A stretch of DNA of 64,000 bases, taken from assembly GCA_976226885.1 (NCBI GenBank), contig OZ320316.1:46376001-46440000 (forward strand), read 5' to 3'. This DNA is from Iphione sp. A-MEVVRFRX5. Lineage: Eukaryota. The notes under the pieces were generated by a model that had not been told where the DNA came from, did no database searches, and saw only the letters and a list, made by a program, of their open reading frames with translations. The position numbers were made by a program, and so were the translations under genes. This document shows, piece after piece, positions 44,261 through 57,799 of this stretch; position 1 is the stretch's first letter, and every line of letters starts with the position of its first letter.

Positions 44261-44831
44261 CTGCAACAGAGGATAGAAGCACCAAGGTTATGCAGAATGT
44301 CAAATAATGCAGAACCTGTGCAAAAAAGTCTTACATCTAATCTTTATTAAGGCGACGACACAAAGGAAGATGTACCTGATTAAATTTATTGAAACTTTCC
44401 CAACTGCCATTACTTCTCTACAATGTTGACTGACCCTCAGTGCTAACTCACACAACGAATTAACATGGTTGATGCTGTTTCGACTTCTGCACTCTATATC
44501 TTTATGACCTGGCAATAATATTGAAGGATCAATATAAGTTCGTCTGAGGTAAGGTTTTGTGCACTGTTTGGACTGGATGTTACATTTAGTAACGAAACAT
44601 TTAGAACGAAAAAAATGCTTAATCACATAATTATATTCGTGACATATCAAATAGAACACCATAGAGAAATGAAAGGATGAAACATAGGGAGAAACATGCA
44701 TTTTAGTGGCTAACGGGCGGCCAGACCGAAATGTGGATAGCGACAGGCGCGTATGTAAAACCGAAAGTGTTTGTAGTCTAGGCGGGGTGAACGCCTGTCT
44801 CTCCGTGCTGTACTGACAATAGTTCTGGCGA

Positions 44832-44835
<4 letters not shown>

Positions 44836-44890
<55 letters not shown>

Positions 44891-44902
44891 GAGAGAGAGA
44901 GA
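44836..44902. repeat. (GA)n microsatellite
   Basis: Direct reading. Confidence 0.95.
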
Positions 44903-46920
44903 AGAGTAAAAAAAAGGACATACCAATAGTAAAAAATAAAAAGGTAAGAAGGGGAGATACGGAAAGTGATAGGGGGGTAGAAATTGGCAAATTGGAGATA
45001 CAACAGAGCGTGCAGCCCAAGGGAGGGAGAGACAGATAACAGCGAGGAATTGGGCATTGTGTAGGACAGAGTGGCAGGCATAGAGAGCTCTGAGGAAGTC
45101 CCAGTCTCCCTGTTACACTGACTGTAGTGATGATGGTAGTAGCAATGGTGGCGGTGGTGCTGCCCCCTAGCCGCAGTCATCCATAGCTCCGCCCGTGCAA
45201 CGAGCAGCGCCAGTAAGTCATGAATATTCATAAGCCCCGGGGAGCCTGACAGACACCTTTTCTACGTATGTGTGGGAGGTGGGCAGCCAGAGAATAAAAA
45301 AAAACATATATATATATACATATAAGGGGGGTCGCGAAAATGTACGCGTGTTTGTATATGTGTTTTGATATGTACGCGTTTGCTCCTGAGAGAGTCAAAG
45401 ATGTCCGAGAGAGACGAAACATGGATATGTAAGTGAGGGGGCAGGTATAGGGAACCGGTAAAGATACATGTTTCAGTAGATAGGAGAAAGAATTATTTGT
45501 CCTTTAGAGTAAGCGGGAAATGAACGTCTATTGAAGAAGATAGAGGAGCATTTTAATGTACATGTATGTCTGACATGAAGAAAAACGATTTAACTATACA
45601 AATGGGTAATAGAAGTGACATCGGAGGATGCAGGTGAGTTACAGAACAAAAATCGAAGTAAAAAATATGTGTTGGAAATATGAACGAAGCGACCTGAGAT
45701 GAAATAGGTAAGAAGAGAGAGAGACGGCTGATACTGGGAGGATGAATATTATTATGATAAAGAGGATAGAGAAGATGGTATATTAGAAGATTCATAGAAA
45801 AGAGAAAGGGTATACAGCGGCAAGAGCAGTACAGCAGAGTGAAAAGTATGGCCATATTAAATGGAAGGTATAGAAATGATTTCCTTATGTACTTATATAC
45901 GTGTAATTTCTCTCTTGTTAAACATCGTTCTCGTGATTCAGTAAATCGGAAGGACCTAGCATTCAGATAATCAATGCCTATTTTTTGGTTATATACGCTT
46001 CCAGCTTATACGTTCTAGTTTTAAAAAATTAAAAATTCACTCATTTCATGTATAAATTTTTGAAAAGCATAGGATCACGCCAACCTTTACATGTATTGGG
46101 CTCCTTTAGTTATTGAGGAATCAATTACACTGTACAGAATGGACCATCTGTTAGGTTAAGGTGTCTTGTTGGATGATTTATTCTTCCATATAACAATATC
46201 TGTTTTTTTTACTCCTAATTCTCTCACTCTTCATGGAGAATATGGTGAATTAGGTTGATGTTTAAGACTGAAAAATGTACAATATTTAGAATATCAATAT
46301 AACAAGGCAAAGGCTTATAGATATCGTTCATGATTTAATCATTAGCAAGGCATATATGATAACTTACTGGACCAAGAGTGTAAGAAGAGTGTGCGGTTCC
46401 ACTAGTTGCTGATATCTAGATAACTTCAAATACATGTAATGAGATACAGCATTGTAGATTAAGCTCTACCTGCCGAGCAATCCAATTCAACAGCATAGCA
46501 CACATGTATATATAACCCAGTAAAATGTGTATGCATGTAGATGTAGACATAAAATTTTAAAGGCAGCTTCAGAATGCTGGCCAGGAACAGGAAATCATAC
46601 TTCTTTAAAACTGATAAAAGATAAATAGAATGAATCTGTGTTGCGATGACGTGATTTTGGCTGTTCTCTTGGTTGATTCTGTGCTGCTATCAGTCCCCAA
46701 TGCCTCAGTGCTGCCCTCCCTAACACCATCACCGTTACCATCAACCACCATCCACCACCACCCATACCGCTGCAGCTCTCTGGACCTACAAGTGCTGCTG
46801 ACGCTGTTGCTGCAGCGTCTATTGACCACCGAAACCAGCGCCAATGACGGCCGTCACTGGAACTATCAGGACGCAATCCCGAATGTTCAGAAGTACGCTA
46901 TGGTTGAGGCAGAGAGGAAA

Positions 46921-46922
<2 letters not shown>

Positions 46923-46973
<51 letters not shown>

Positions 46974-46992
46974 CAGACAGACAGACAGACAG
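46923..46992. repeat. (AG)n + (AGAC)n microsatellite
   Basis: Direct reading. Confidence 0.95.
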
Positions 46993-48229
46993 TCAGAGAC
47001 AGATAGGCAGGGAGAGACAGAGGGAGAGAGGGGAGAAGGCAGAGGGAGTGAGGCAGCTTTATATGTAGAGAGGATTGAGCGGATATACAGCCATGCTTCT
47101 GGGAAACATTTCTGTCTCCCTGTAGATGTCTATGAGGGCCATCGGCTATTTATTTGTCTGTCTGCCTGTCTCTTTGTTTGCCTGTCTCCAAATACCCCTC
47201 TCTTTCCTCCGTTTCAAACGTCTTCAATCATGATTTCCTTCTCCTGCTCCTTCTCTTTTATCGGATTTTATCATACACCAATGCTGGGATGATGCTGAAA
47301 TATTATAATATGGGAATTATGCGGTTCATACCGGACTTTGTTTGAAACAGTATGAAGTCATTCGAACCACTATAATGTTTGGAACCGGTCAGAAGTTCAA
47401 GTCAATGTGTTTTTTATATGAAACACGATGGTAGGCATGTGTCAGTTCAATGTCTGAATAATTAGTGTTTTTGTAGCTAGCTATGAGACAGTATTGATAA
47501 CGTATAGCATAAACATACATTTCAGGAGCACATCTATGTTATTTTAAGACTTAGATACCTAAGTGACCAACTCACAAACTGGAGGTACACGGAGCCATAT
47601 ACACTGCACGTTCCTACATTTCAGCTTGTACCCGTGCTCACATTTTAGATACACTCTTTGGCTATGTGAGGAAAAGGGTACCTGCCTGAAAAAAGGGCAC
47701 AGTGGGCCAGGACGCACGGTAATGTTGCTCTATTCAACATGATAGCAAATGAAAAGAGCAGCGCCATCCTTCACCAATCTTAAAGGTAATTTTCAAGGGT
47801 GTTTAAAATGATAAGGAACAGGATACTATAACTGGGTGCTGTTATAACTGGCTATCTCAGTCAGCTTGGGAAACAGTGCTGAGCTCGTCCTGCTGACTCG
47901 TTCAGTTTCATTGCCCAAGCTGATCTAAAATGACCAGATATATTAGCACCCTCTAACAGTTTCCTTTTAGAAGTGATCAAGGAATATTAACAATCATTCT
48001 CCTTCTCTTTCCACTTTTTAAAACTTCAAATATTGTGGTACTCTTGTACACCTAAATACCTGTGACTTTTATTTTCTTATGTCTTTTCTGAAGACTGTGT
48101 GTTGTCTTTTCTCCTTTTTCATTCTCCAATAAGGATCTATTAGGATATTAACTAGAATTATTGATAGCTATATAACAGTTCTATAATATAAACATTTGAC
48201 TTATAATGCTAAACTCATTCATTACATGT

Positions 48230-49128
48230 GATCAATTTGACATGATATCTTGTCACAAGAGAACTATGTGATAAGTGATTTTTTCCATGACAAGGACAAA
48301 GTAATTGCTACAACATGTTTTTGACAGTCTCTTAGTCATAAACTTTGAATGATGCTGCTAAATATATACATTGTATGATAATCAATATGACAATTCTACA
48401 CTAATCATATCATCTAGTCATTGACAATTCCCTTGTCACAAACTTTGAGTGACAATTCTAAACGTTTACATTGTATGACCATCAGCAGGACAAGGCAAAA
48501 CTTGTTACCAGAGACAAGGTCAGGACAAGTCTATTTTTTCAGTGATGTGATTACATTGTACTGTATTGCGATCATATGTTTTCATAAATTTAAGGTATAA
48601 AACATCATGTAAGATAAAATCCAATGTAATAGCTAAAGAGGTTCTTAGCTTCATTAAAGAGGTTCCTAGCTTCATTTTGGTATAAAACACTTCCTTTTAG
48701 GATCATTTTAAAGGTATGTAATTAATTAATATATTCACTCATCTCAAACAAGTGGCTCCTAACTGCATAACTGTCATTCAGGGTATGCTACATTTGAATT
48801 TGAATGACATATTTATCTTTCTTTTACTTGCCTCAGTAATACCTTTTTAGAGGGTTAAGTAACTCTACTAGTAAACTCTATATTTTACAGTTGTATATTT
48901 AATGATTTTCCTGAAATAATTAGGGTTTAGATTCTGTCACTTTGCCTTTAAAATATGTGCTATTGTGAGACCTAAGGGATGACTTGACAAGTGTGCAACA
49001 TGTTTATGACAAGACATCACTGTCAAGTTGATTATACTATTGTCATGTAATTTAGATTGTCAAAAACCCTATAAGTTGTCATATAAACAAGCTGCTGACA
49101 ATGCCAGGACAAGCTCATTTTTTCAGTG
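48230..49128. mobile_element. Two related TGACA/TGTCA-rich DNA-transposon ends (CACTG terminus)
   Basis: Both 48521-48544 and 49105-49128 end in caggacaag..attttttcagtg (reverse complement CACTGAAAAAAT); dense TGACA/TGTCA subterminal motifs; no opposite ends found. Confidence 0.4.
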
Positions 49129-49746
49129 AATCTTTATTTTAGCCCTACATATGATCGACAAATTGACTCCTCGCAATTTTCACTGTGCATGTGATATTTT
49201 TCTACAACTGATCCAAAATGTCTGGCATTGTTGCAAAGCCATAAGGTATTAATTTACTACCTCTCTATGATTATAAGGAAACAGATGACGGAAATACATG
49301 TTCAGGATTCTCCTTGCAGGCCGTCCCGTCAAAACGTGCACTTACAATAATCTAAGAAATAATGGTCTGCATATGACCATCTGTCTCGAGGTCAAAGATC
49401 ATGGTTCCCCTCAAGCCCGCGACCCCTTGATCTCCCTTGGGAGGATGCCATTGTCAGTATCAGAGGCATGAATCATTGAGGTCCATTATCCTAGGTGCCC
49501 ACCGTTCACCCATCCTAAAACATCGACTGGCATTTGATCTAAAGATGAACCTCTGTGTCTTTCTTTAAGTCCAAATGATTGTATCCTTTTCATGTGCAAG
49601 TGGATGTGGTCTGTATGCTTACATACATATTATGTCCATTGTTTTGAAGACAGATGTCCAGATTTTTGTTAATGCCCGTACTTTGGCATGTCAATATACT
49701 ACTGCACATATTAGTTTTTCCAGCATAAGATAATGGCGATACTTAC

Positions 49747-49874
49747 CAGTTTCTGGTAATGCTCACATTATGATCTGCCCAGAAAGTGACATTTGATTTT
49801 ATATCAAGTGTTCACACTGAAGACAACACGAGTATTGATGTATCCCACACATTTGTAATGGTGTCTCTATTTAT
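49747..49874 (-). other. Candidate non-coding (5'UTR) exon
   Basis: Acceptor gatacttacag and donor CTG|gtaagt; no clear coding content. Confidence 0.25.
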
Positions 49875-51034
49875 CTGTAAGTATCTCTGTACGTATGTGG
49901 GTTTGCATGCAAATGTATATTTTGATATTTCTATTTCAGAGCACATGCCTATGTAACACTATCGCTGAAACTTCAAAACAAGACTATTTCCTCTACTTTT
50001 GTTCTCGTTAAGTCCTTCTTCCTTCCTCTCTACTACTGACCTCTGCATCTCCTCTCGTTCTTTCTGCCCCTTCCCAAAGGTTCGTCATATATTTTACTTA
50101 TTTCTTTCTCTATTACTGTGTGTTATTGAATCATCATGTAACTACATATTACACAACATATCAGCCTCCTGTTCCTCCCCAGAACATTCAGCTACACCCC
50201 CCATGCTTTACGTTGTCCGGATGCCAGTCCACTTTTATCCGCTGACCAGTTGGCCCGTCCCACTGATTGAGAGAGACACTCGCCTACTACAGATATATCC
50301 CCCTCACCAGTTTCAGGCGGCCTGCACCGCAATAAAACTACAATAAACCTCGATAGCAGGCAAGCCAGGCAGATTGGTCGGGTAAACCTAGGGACAGATA
50401 CAGGGCTAGTCATTAGGACAAGAGCACAGAAAGGTTTATAGTAGTCAAGTGAGAAAAAGGTTCGGGGATCTGAACTGAAGGGCAAGGACAGGGACAGAGA
50501 GAGGGTGATAGTAGCCAACTGTGAGCTGGGGACTGACCAATAAACTCAACATCAAGAACAGGGAGAGTGTTGAACATTAGATGGGAGGAAGAGGAAAGGA
50601 AGGCCTGTAGGACTTGTCTAGACATATTAAGCAACATGGAGGCAGGGGAAAAATAAAGAGACAGCAGGGATGAGGCTGGCTTCGATGGGTCTTTTTGAAG
50701 GTTTATTTTGCAAAATGGACAGATGAAGTGCCAACCATAGGAGACAGGAGGCTGTGGGTTGAAGGATCGGGCACTTTGTACGTGTGTGGGGACACAGTCG
50801 TAAAACGCCCGTAAAGATATAGGCGTGGGAGGAAAGGTATGTTGAGAGGAAGGGGACCAGGAAATCATGGGGGATGACATGAAAAGAGTGAAATGATGCA
50901 GTCTACCTAATGTAAGCCCGCTTGGGCAGTAAAATGGAAATAAAGTGTAATTCGGTGATGGAAGGAGATACGGGAGGGGAGGCAGAGGCATGATGGTTAT
51001 ATTAATGGTGGTAAATGTGACGGTAATGGTGCAT

Positions 51035-51043
51035 GAGAGAGAG

Positions 51044-51096
<53 letters not shown>
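51035..51096. repeat. (GA)n microsatellite
   Basis: Direct reading. Confidence 0.95.
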
Positions 51097-51099
<3 letters not shown>

Positions 51100-52463
51100 T
51101 ATAGCAACTGTGATAAGCGGGAGGTTGAGACAGGGAGAGACAACTGAGAATGAAAACAGAATGATAGCTAAATATACAAACCTGGGAGTAAAAGAAAAGT
51201 GCTTTCATCGGATTAGTTCCGCAGATAGGTAAAGTTTTTCTCCCTTCGCTCAACAGCAAAGAAATCGTATGCGCCATGGAAATGTACAAGCACTTGAGTT
51301 AATAACAGGGATCTACAGTCATGCATATTTCGAAGTCCTTGTATTGATCCAGAAATAACAAAATTACACAGTAAAAGACTAATATCAGTCGCAATTCCTC
51401 ACATGCAAGAATAACAAGAATTTTCAGTTGTCCTTCAGGTGGATCTACATTCTGAATACCGCCTTGGTAATTCAACATCTTCAGTGTTTCCGCCGTTAGG
51501 ACGTAACTAAACCTATACACGTCATTCGACACATATTGTGCGCGTAAATAATCAATAGGACTACATATTATTTTCAATATTGTGTAATACATGGTAGTGT
51601 ACTGGGGGTAAGTAGGGTTTAATTTTAAACACTTTATCAATAGTAGTAATGAGGGTAATAAGGTGGAACTATTGGCAGCAGCAGCAGCTTACAAGCCTTA
51701 TGCACTAGCTGCAAGGCGACAGTATCCTGTTCAATTCCCTGATGCTCTCATAAATTTCAGCTATGGCACGGTAATGGCAACGATATTGCCAGAACATGTT
51801 CTATTAACGATGGATGGAAAATGAAAAAGTGACGCAACCCGAATGCCGTAATATGAGGGCAATACCTCTTTCCTTTTATAGGAGAAGGTAACAGCTCCTA
51901 CTCCTGAACATCTCCCGTCGGTTACCTCCCTTGTCTCCTTACCCTATGGATCTCTATCCATCTTGGTCTGTTTAACCCTGTCTCTTTATAGTTTCACCAT
52001 GGCTTCCTTTCTCTATTTGTAGCTTATCCTATCGTCGCCACAATATCAGTCTCTTTTATCTCACCAATTTGCCTCTCTCGCTCTCCCCCCCCCCCATTCC
52101 TGTACATGTGCATCCGTGTGAACCTACCTCTGTAAGAGATCCCAGACAGGAGCAGGGTGTGTGTGTCTCCCGAATGTAGCTCGCGAGGTAAATCCAAACT
52201 CCCCCTCTTTAGGTGTGATTCAGACTGAATTGACTGACTGACCACTAGGTGTCCTATGCGCCTACCAGTCTGGGGTACCGGATGTCAGCTATTATAAGTC
52301 TCGACGGATCGATCACCCCTCCCTCCCTTCTCTTCCCCCTGCAGGCCCCCCAATCTACCCTCATCCCCTCCAATCTTCCATCCAAACACTTCCTGTATAA
52401 CTCTCATCCCATCGCCCTCCCTTCGCAACCATTCGACCACTCAAATCATCGTCATCACTCAAA

Positions 52464-52472
52464 TCTCTCTCT

Positions 52473-52522
<50 letters not shown>
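52464..52522. repeat. (TC)n microsatellite
   Basis: Direct reading. Confidence 0.95.
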
Positions 52523-52525
<3 letters not shown>

Positions 52526-55500
52526 CATTGCAATCATTCTCATGTAAGCGTAACTTTTCCTCAGAAGTTCTTTTCCAGGCCCATATATGATATATTTGAA
52601 GTAGCATTTGAGCTTAAATATTTGGTATTCTACCGCTTTTCTGTTTCTTTCTTTCCAACTCCTTCTCACCGCCTACCTCTCTGATGATCCATTACTTTCC
52701 CCTGCCCCACCCGGCCAGACTTCGGGTGCGTATGCTTTATTCCATCTGTGTCGTCCTGCTTTTTGTCTCCTTCTTTTGCTTTTCATTCATCTCCATCAAC
52801 CTCACACATACTCTCCCACTCCTTACACCCTTGTGCCTCTCCTTCTTTTTATTCATCCCTGAAGGGCGTCCAACGTACAACCCTTTTCCCACTCACAAAC
52901 ATAAACATTATCATTCGCATGGTCATCCCTTACCTCTTCAACACTACACTCGCTCGCATCCACCTATCAATTTTCGATGATTCCCTTCTATACAGCCTGC
53001 CTATACTGTCATTACCCCTTCCATTTAACTCGATCCTCTTACTGACTTCCCCGATAGTAGGCTACATAACCAATCTGCCTGCCTCTCCATTCGACCCCCT
53101 CCCATCCTCCCGCCCATGATTGAATCTGTCATGACCCCCCTTCTGATATGTATCAATTCGCTCCGTTGGTCTCCATGATTGACAATATGTACCCAAGGCC
53201 CACACCCCTCTCCCCTTACTACCAGTATGCTGTCTCCCCTATGACTCCTGTCGAATCATATAATTTTTTTTTACATCACCACATAATCGAAAGCGCCATA
53301 GACACACAAAGAGACAGAGAGGTAGACACAAAACATCACACATAGGCTGCTTGGACCAAAGGAAAACATTCAGCACAACTGGCCACTCCCCCTCCATGAA
53401 GGTAAAACATCCCTCTTTGTAACCCCAATTGACGGGTTCATTTAGTGGCACTGTTACCACCTTTCCTCCTCCCATTTATCCTCTACCTATTTTGTCCCTC
53501 TTTCTCTCTCTCTCACCATTCTCTTTCATTTACTTACCAAACCTACCGACTTGCCCATCCTGCCCCTCCCACACTATGCCATGATTTCTGCCATTACGCC
53601 TGGGCGATAATGGAGGAGACCAAGAGCCATGTCTGCCGGGGCGATAATAAAGCGAGTTACGGCACAAGTAGCGGGTGATAATTGGAGAGTTGTAGGGTTG
53701 ATTGTCCATAGCTTCGCTAGGGGCGCCTCTCGTTGTCAATGGTAATGGCGCTTACCACGGGACATAGGGGTCAAAGGTTGTGCCTCACGCCACTTCGTCC
53801 ACCAGGGACGGCGTCGGTAGTTCAGATAGGACGGTAGGAAACGTTGATGGTGTAATTGGTGAGTGGATCTTCTCTACAGGTTCATCGGGTGCTGTCCTAG
53901 TTCGCCCTACAGGCCAAGCCCTCTAACCTTAATGTCGAAAGTACAGAGTTCAGGAAGGCAAACAGGAGGGAATAATTGTATGTTTAATTTTATGTCAACA
54001 GAAATCTTCAGCATAGTGGGACAATCTTGATTATTACCTAAGCCATCTCACTTCGAGTCAGATGGTGTTGAGGGGGAGGGGACAGCTAGCGGCAGAGAGG
54101 GAATAGAACGGAGAAAGTAAAGACAAACGGATAGATAGACCAAGATAGACCAAAAGGGAGAAAGTATTACTAAGGGGTAATGAAGTATTCACTGGAGGAA
54201 GAACAAACAGAAGAGGAATAAAATAAGAAAAACGGTATAAGAGAATCTGAGCTTGAACCTTCCTCCATACTACTCTGGTCATTCAACTACTGGTACTTGG
54301 ACCGCCCATCCCACACAGATGACGGTCCCTCTCGTACCAGCCTCCCAACAAATCAGCGCCCGCCTCATTAGCCACGTGACCATCCGTGCGGTCTCCATCG
54401 GCCATAGTTTAGGTCGCTTGGGTCACGTGATGCTAAGTGGTCATGTGACCCGGTTGCTGGTCTCCTGGTACCCTTTCTCGGGCAATCAGGTCCTGTCCGA
54501 CCATCAGAGTGTGTTAAATCTCAATTTTTGTACGTGAGGAGAATCCTAACTGCTCTCGTCCCAGACGGCCTCTTATCTACGTTTAGTGGTTTATGTTGGA
54601 CTTATACGGGGAGAGTAATTTGTGCCCTAATTTAATACGCTAGGTAACTCTCCGCTCCGTTTTTAAAGGGATACAGATAGAGAAGTTTCTAAGTGTGAAT
54701 GCTGTTCAGCCTTTCTCAGTTCATACATGTAATGCCAAAGTGCAGACGTATATAACAAAAACTTTCTTTAAGGTCACTTAATAAGACCCCTACCCCTAAC
54801 ATAAAAACACTTTGTGATTGGTTCTATATTAATGTCCACCAAGTCGTCATGGGATCTTGCTATGAGGGTATGTTTCAAACTGTCCACGTATACTCAAGAA
54901 GGAGGGAAATTGTGATCTCTTATTGGGGTGAGTGTCTCATTTCATTATTGATTTGCCAAAAGGTAACAAAATACAGGCTGAACTAGAAAACCGTTACAAA
55001 AAATTCAGATCAAGTGTTTACAAATATATCTCATATACATGCAGGCACAAATTCTACTCTAGCTATTGACCGTTGTCTGGTATAAATTAGAAATAAGAAA
55101 ACTACAGAACACACACAAGTAATGTGAAGGGAGGGTATGGCATTGATGGAATGCATGTTGTTCTCAAAGATAAATTACAAGACTGCTCAGCTTATCTAAC
55201 TGCTGAAATGTGGAAGAAAAATTGGATTATCTATTACAGAGTGTAGAAAGAGCAGGTGATGAACGAGTGGTGTCCTTTAAAAAAAGACAAGGAAACGTTA
55301 CAGAAAATTATGGAAGCAATCTTTAGAAACGATTATTTCTCATTCTTGTATCAGAATACAGTATCGATATACTGTATGCCAATTCATTCTGCTATCATGG
55401 ATTGGCAACCTGGACTAGTCTTCCAGCAACCTTGGCATCTGTAAAATCGTTAAAGAAGACATTTGTCGAAGTGCTTTAGATCTCTGCCATTGTTTCTGTT

Positions 55501-56999
55501 TGGTCCTATTCTGTTCATTGTTTGCTGTTCTAATTTTCTTCACATTATCCTTAAACGTTTTTCTAATTTTTGATATCAATGAAAGAATTCTGTTGTAGAC
55601 TGACACTGTATATATTGATACTGGGATACTAATACAAACTATGCAGTTGTTGCTAATACTGCACTAAAATAGGCCTACATTAAAACTAGATTGTCTTGCG
55701 ACCTCTACGGCAAACTTCATTACATGCATGTACATTGCAATGAAAGTATATGTGCAGTACACATTTCAGAAGATTACAATGTGTGTACCATATGTGCAGA
55801 TATCAATCTATGCTGTTGGTAATGCTACAGGTGTCCGATTTAGAGGGTTTCTCCCGTATATTTCCCGTGTCAGTTCATCCAAACAATAGTCCTCAACAGT
55901 GTGATACACAAGGTCGCATCACAGCCATGAAAGCATTATAAGAGGCAGGGGTGCTGATGAGGCATGGATAAATCCCAACCTTCATCCCTAAGAGGCTGTC
56001 CTACCAGAATACCCCGAAAGGACAGCCAGATTAAGCGAGTCACGTGACAGATCTGGATGAAGGGGCAACCCAGATGTTCAAGCATGGCAGTAGGATACCA
56101 CAGATAAGCAAGATAAGGTCAATCGGAGAGCTTCACTATAAATAACAAGAGCAAGATAAGGGCACCGTCCTGCCTTTTAACCCGAATGCCAACCAGTAGA
56201 TGGCACCACTGCCTCGCCTGTGGTCAGAGTTCTGAATGAAACGCCCGAGGGACGCAGGATCAAGCGGGTCCGAGATCAAGGACGCCTTATTCATTATGCA
56301 TGCGTGACGAGTCACGTGTTAGCCATGGCCCCCCTTGCCTGTCGATCACCAGCCACTGGTAGCCACCGTCCACGCTTTGATGTGTGACGAACGACAGGGA
56401 CCAGCTCATACGAATTCCCCCCTGGTGGCAGGAAAAAGGTATTACGACGGGTAGATCACGTGATTTTTTCATTCACGTTTCACTGGTGATCCTCGCCACA
56501 CTCCATCAATGATCTCCCCTCTCCCTCCAATAGCTCTTCGTATCTTCTCTTTCTCTATCCCTTTCTCCTTCCATCTATCTTACGATAGCTTGTATGTGTA
56601 AACGATGTTCCGTAAAGCGATATCTAAGAGCTAGAAGGCACAGAATAGTTACTTATGTTAATATATGGAATGCCCCCTATACGAAGATATAAGAGGGGAG
56701 AACATTATGCTAAATATTGTATATCAGGTTTTCATTATCTGAAAGAAAATCATTGGAATTTTACCTTTTCTCTTATTCAATCATTCTGCGGCATTTTTTA
56801 ATCCTATGTTAATTTCGCTAAGAGAAGTGAAATAAGATATTTTAATTTGAATTTGTGTCAAAAAATAGTAATAGTAAAATCCTTTTAAGCAGCAAGAAAG
56901 ATTATTATGCCATGTATAGATATAAGATTAAAAAGCAAAATGAATTGTGGGACGTCAGGTCCTAGTATAAAAGAATGTGGAACCTACAACAAACTCCAC

Positions 57000-57062
57000 T
57001 CTTATCAATCGACATTTGAATCAATGTTTAGAGATCATTGATTCAAATGTCGATTGGTAAGA
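57000..57062. other. 63-nt hairpin, 27-bp stem, 9-nt loop
   Basis: TCTTATCAATCGACATTTGAATCAATG-tttagagat-CATTGATTCAAATGTCGATTGGTAAGA; 26 Watson-Crick pairs plus one T:G. Confidence 0.85.
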
Positions 57063-57799
57063 CAGGGTGCGGGTATGTTTGTTCTCAAGTGTACACAAAA
57101 AAGTTTTATTGTAGTAACAGAATATCATTAAGATAAAGAGGTATGCTAAAAGCCCATAATCCAGGGCCCCTCATGTATATTTGACTAGACATCAGGTGTT
57201 AAATTGAAAATTTGGCCTCATGTGAGAGTTCACATCAACAATGAGCCGATCGCCAGACTGATTGGTTGATTCTCTATTATGGTGTCAGATATGGTAAAAT
57301 TCAAGTGTGGTAACGGTGTCTGGCGATACATCAATTGCAATGACATTATGAAACCCTTGAAGCTAAAATTAGTAGTTTAGTCTGTTCCTTGTTTAGCGGA
57401 TCTGATAATAGATGTATTGTCACTACCTATCCTGAGTAGTCCCTCTTGTTGAAGTTCCTTGTCTGAAAGTGCCACATATATCTAAACATACACTTAACTT
57501 ATGAATACACCTAATAATTCAGAGGGAATCTACATCCACGCCGTCCACAAAAATGCACACATATATATTTGCATATACATTATACACTCTCAGACACACT
57601 AACCTCACACACTCGACATTAAGAGACACAATCATCACGGTGTAGTTCTTGGACACGCCGCCTGTGGTTCGGCGTGTGTTTATATGGGATCACGTGACCT
57701 ATTCAGCTGCGTCCCTCTTGGTCACGTGGGATTTGCGTGACGCTTGTTGCAAGGGATGTTGTTAGGTGGCGCTCCAGGTGGTGGGACGTGTTATTAGAG

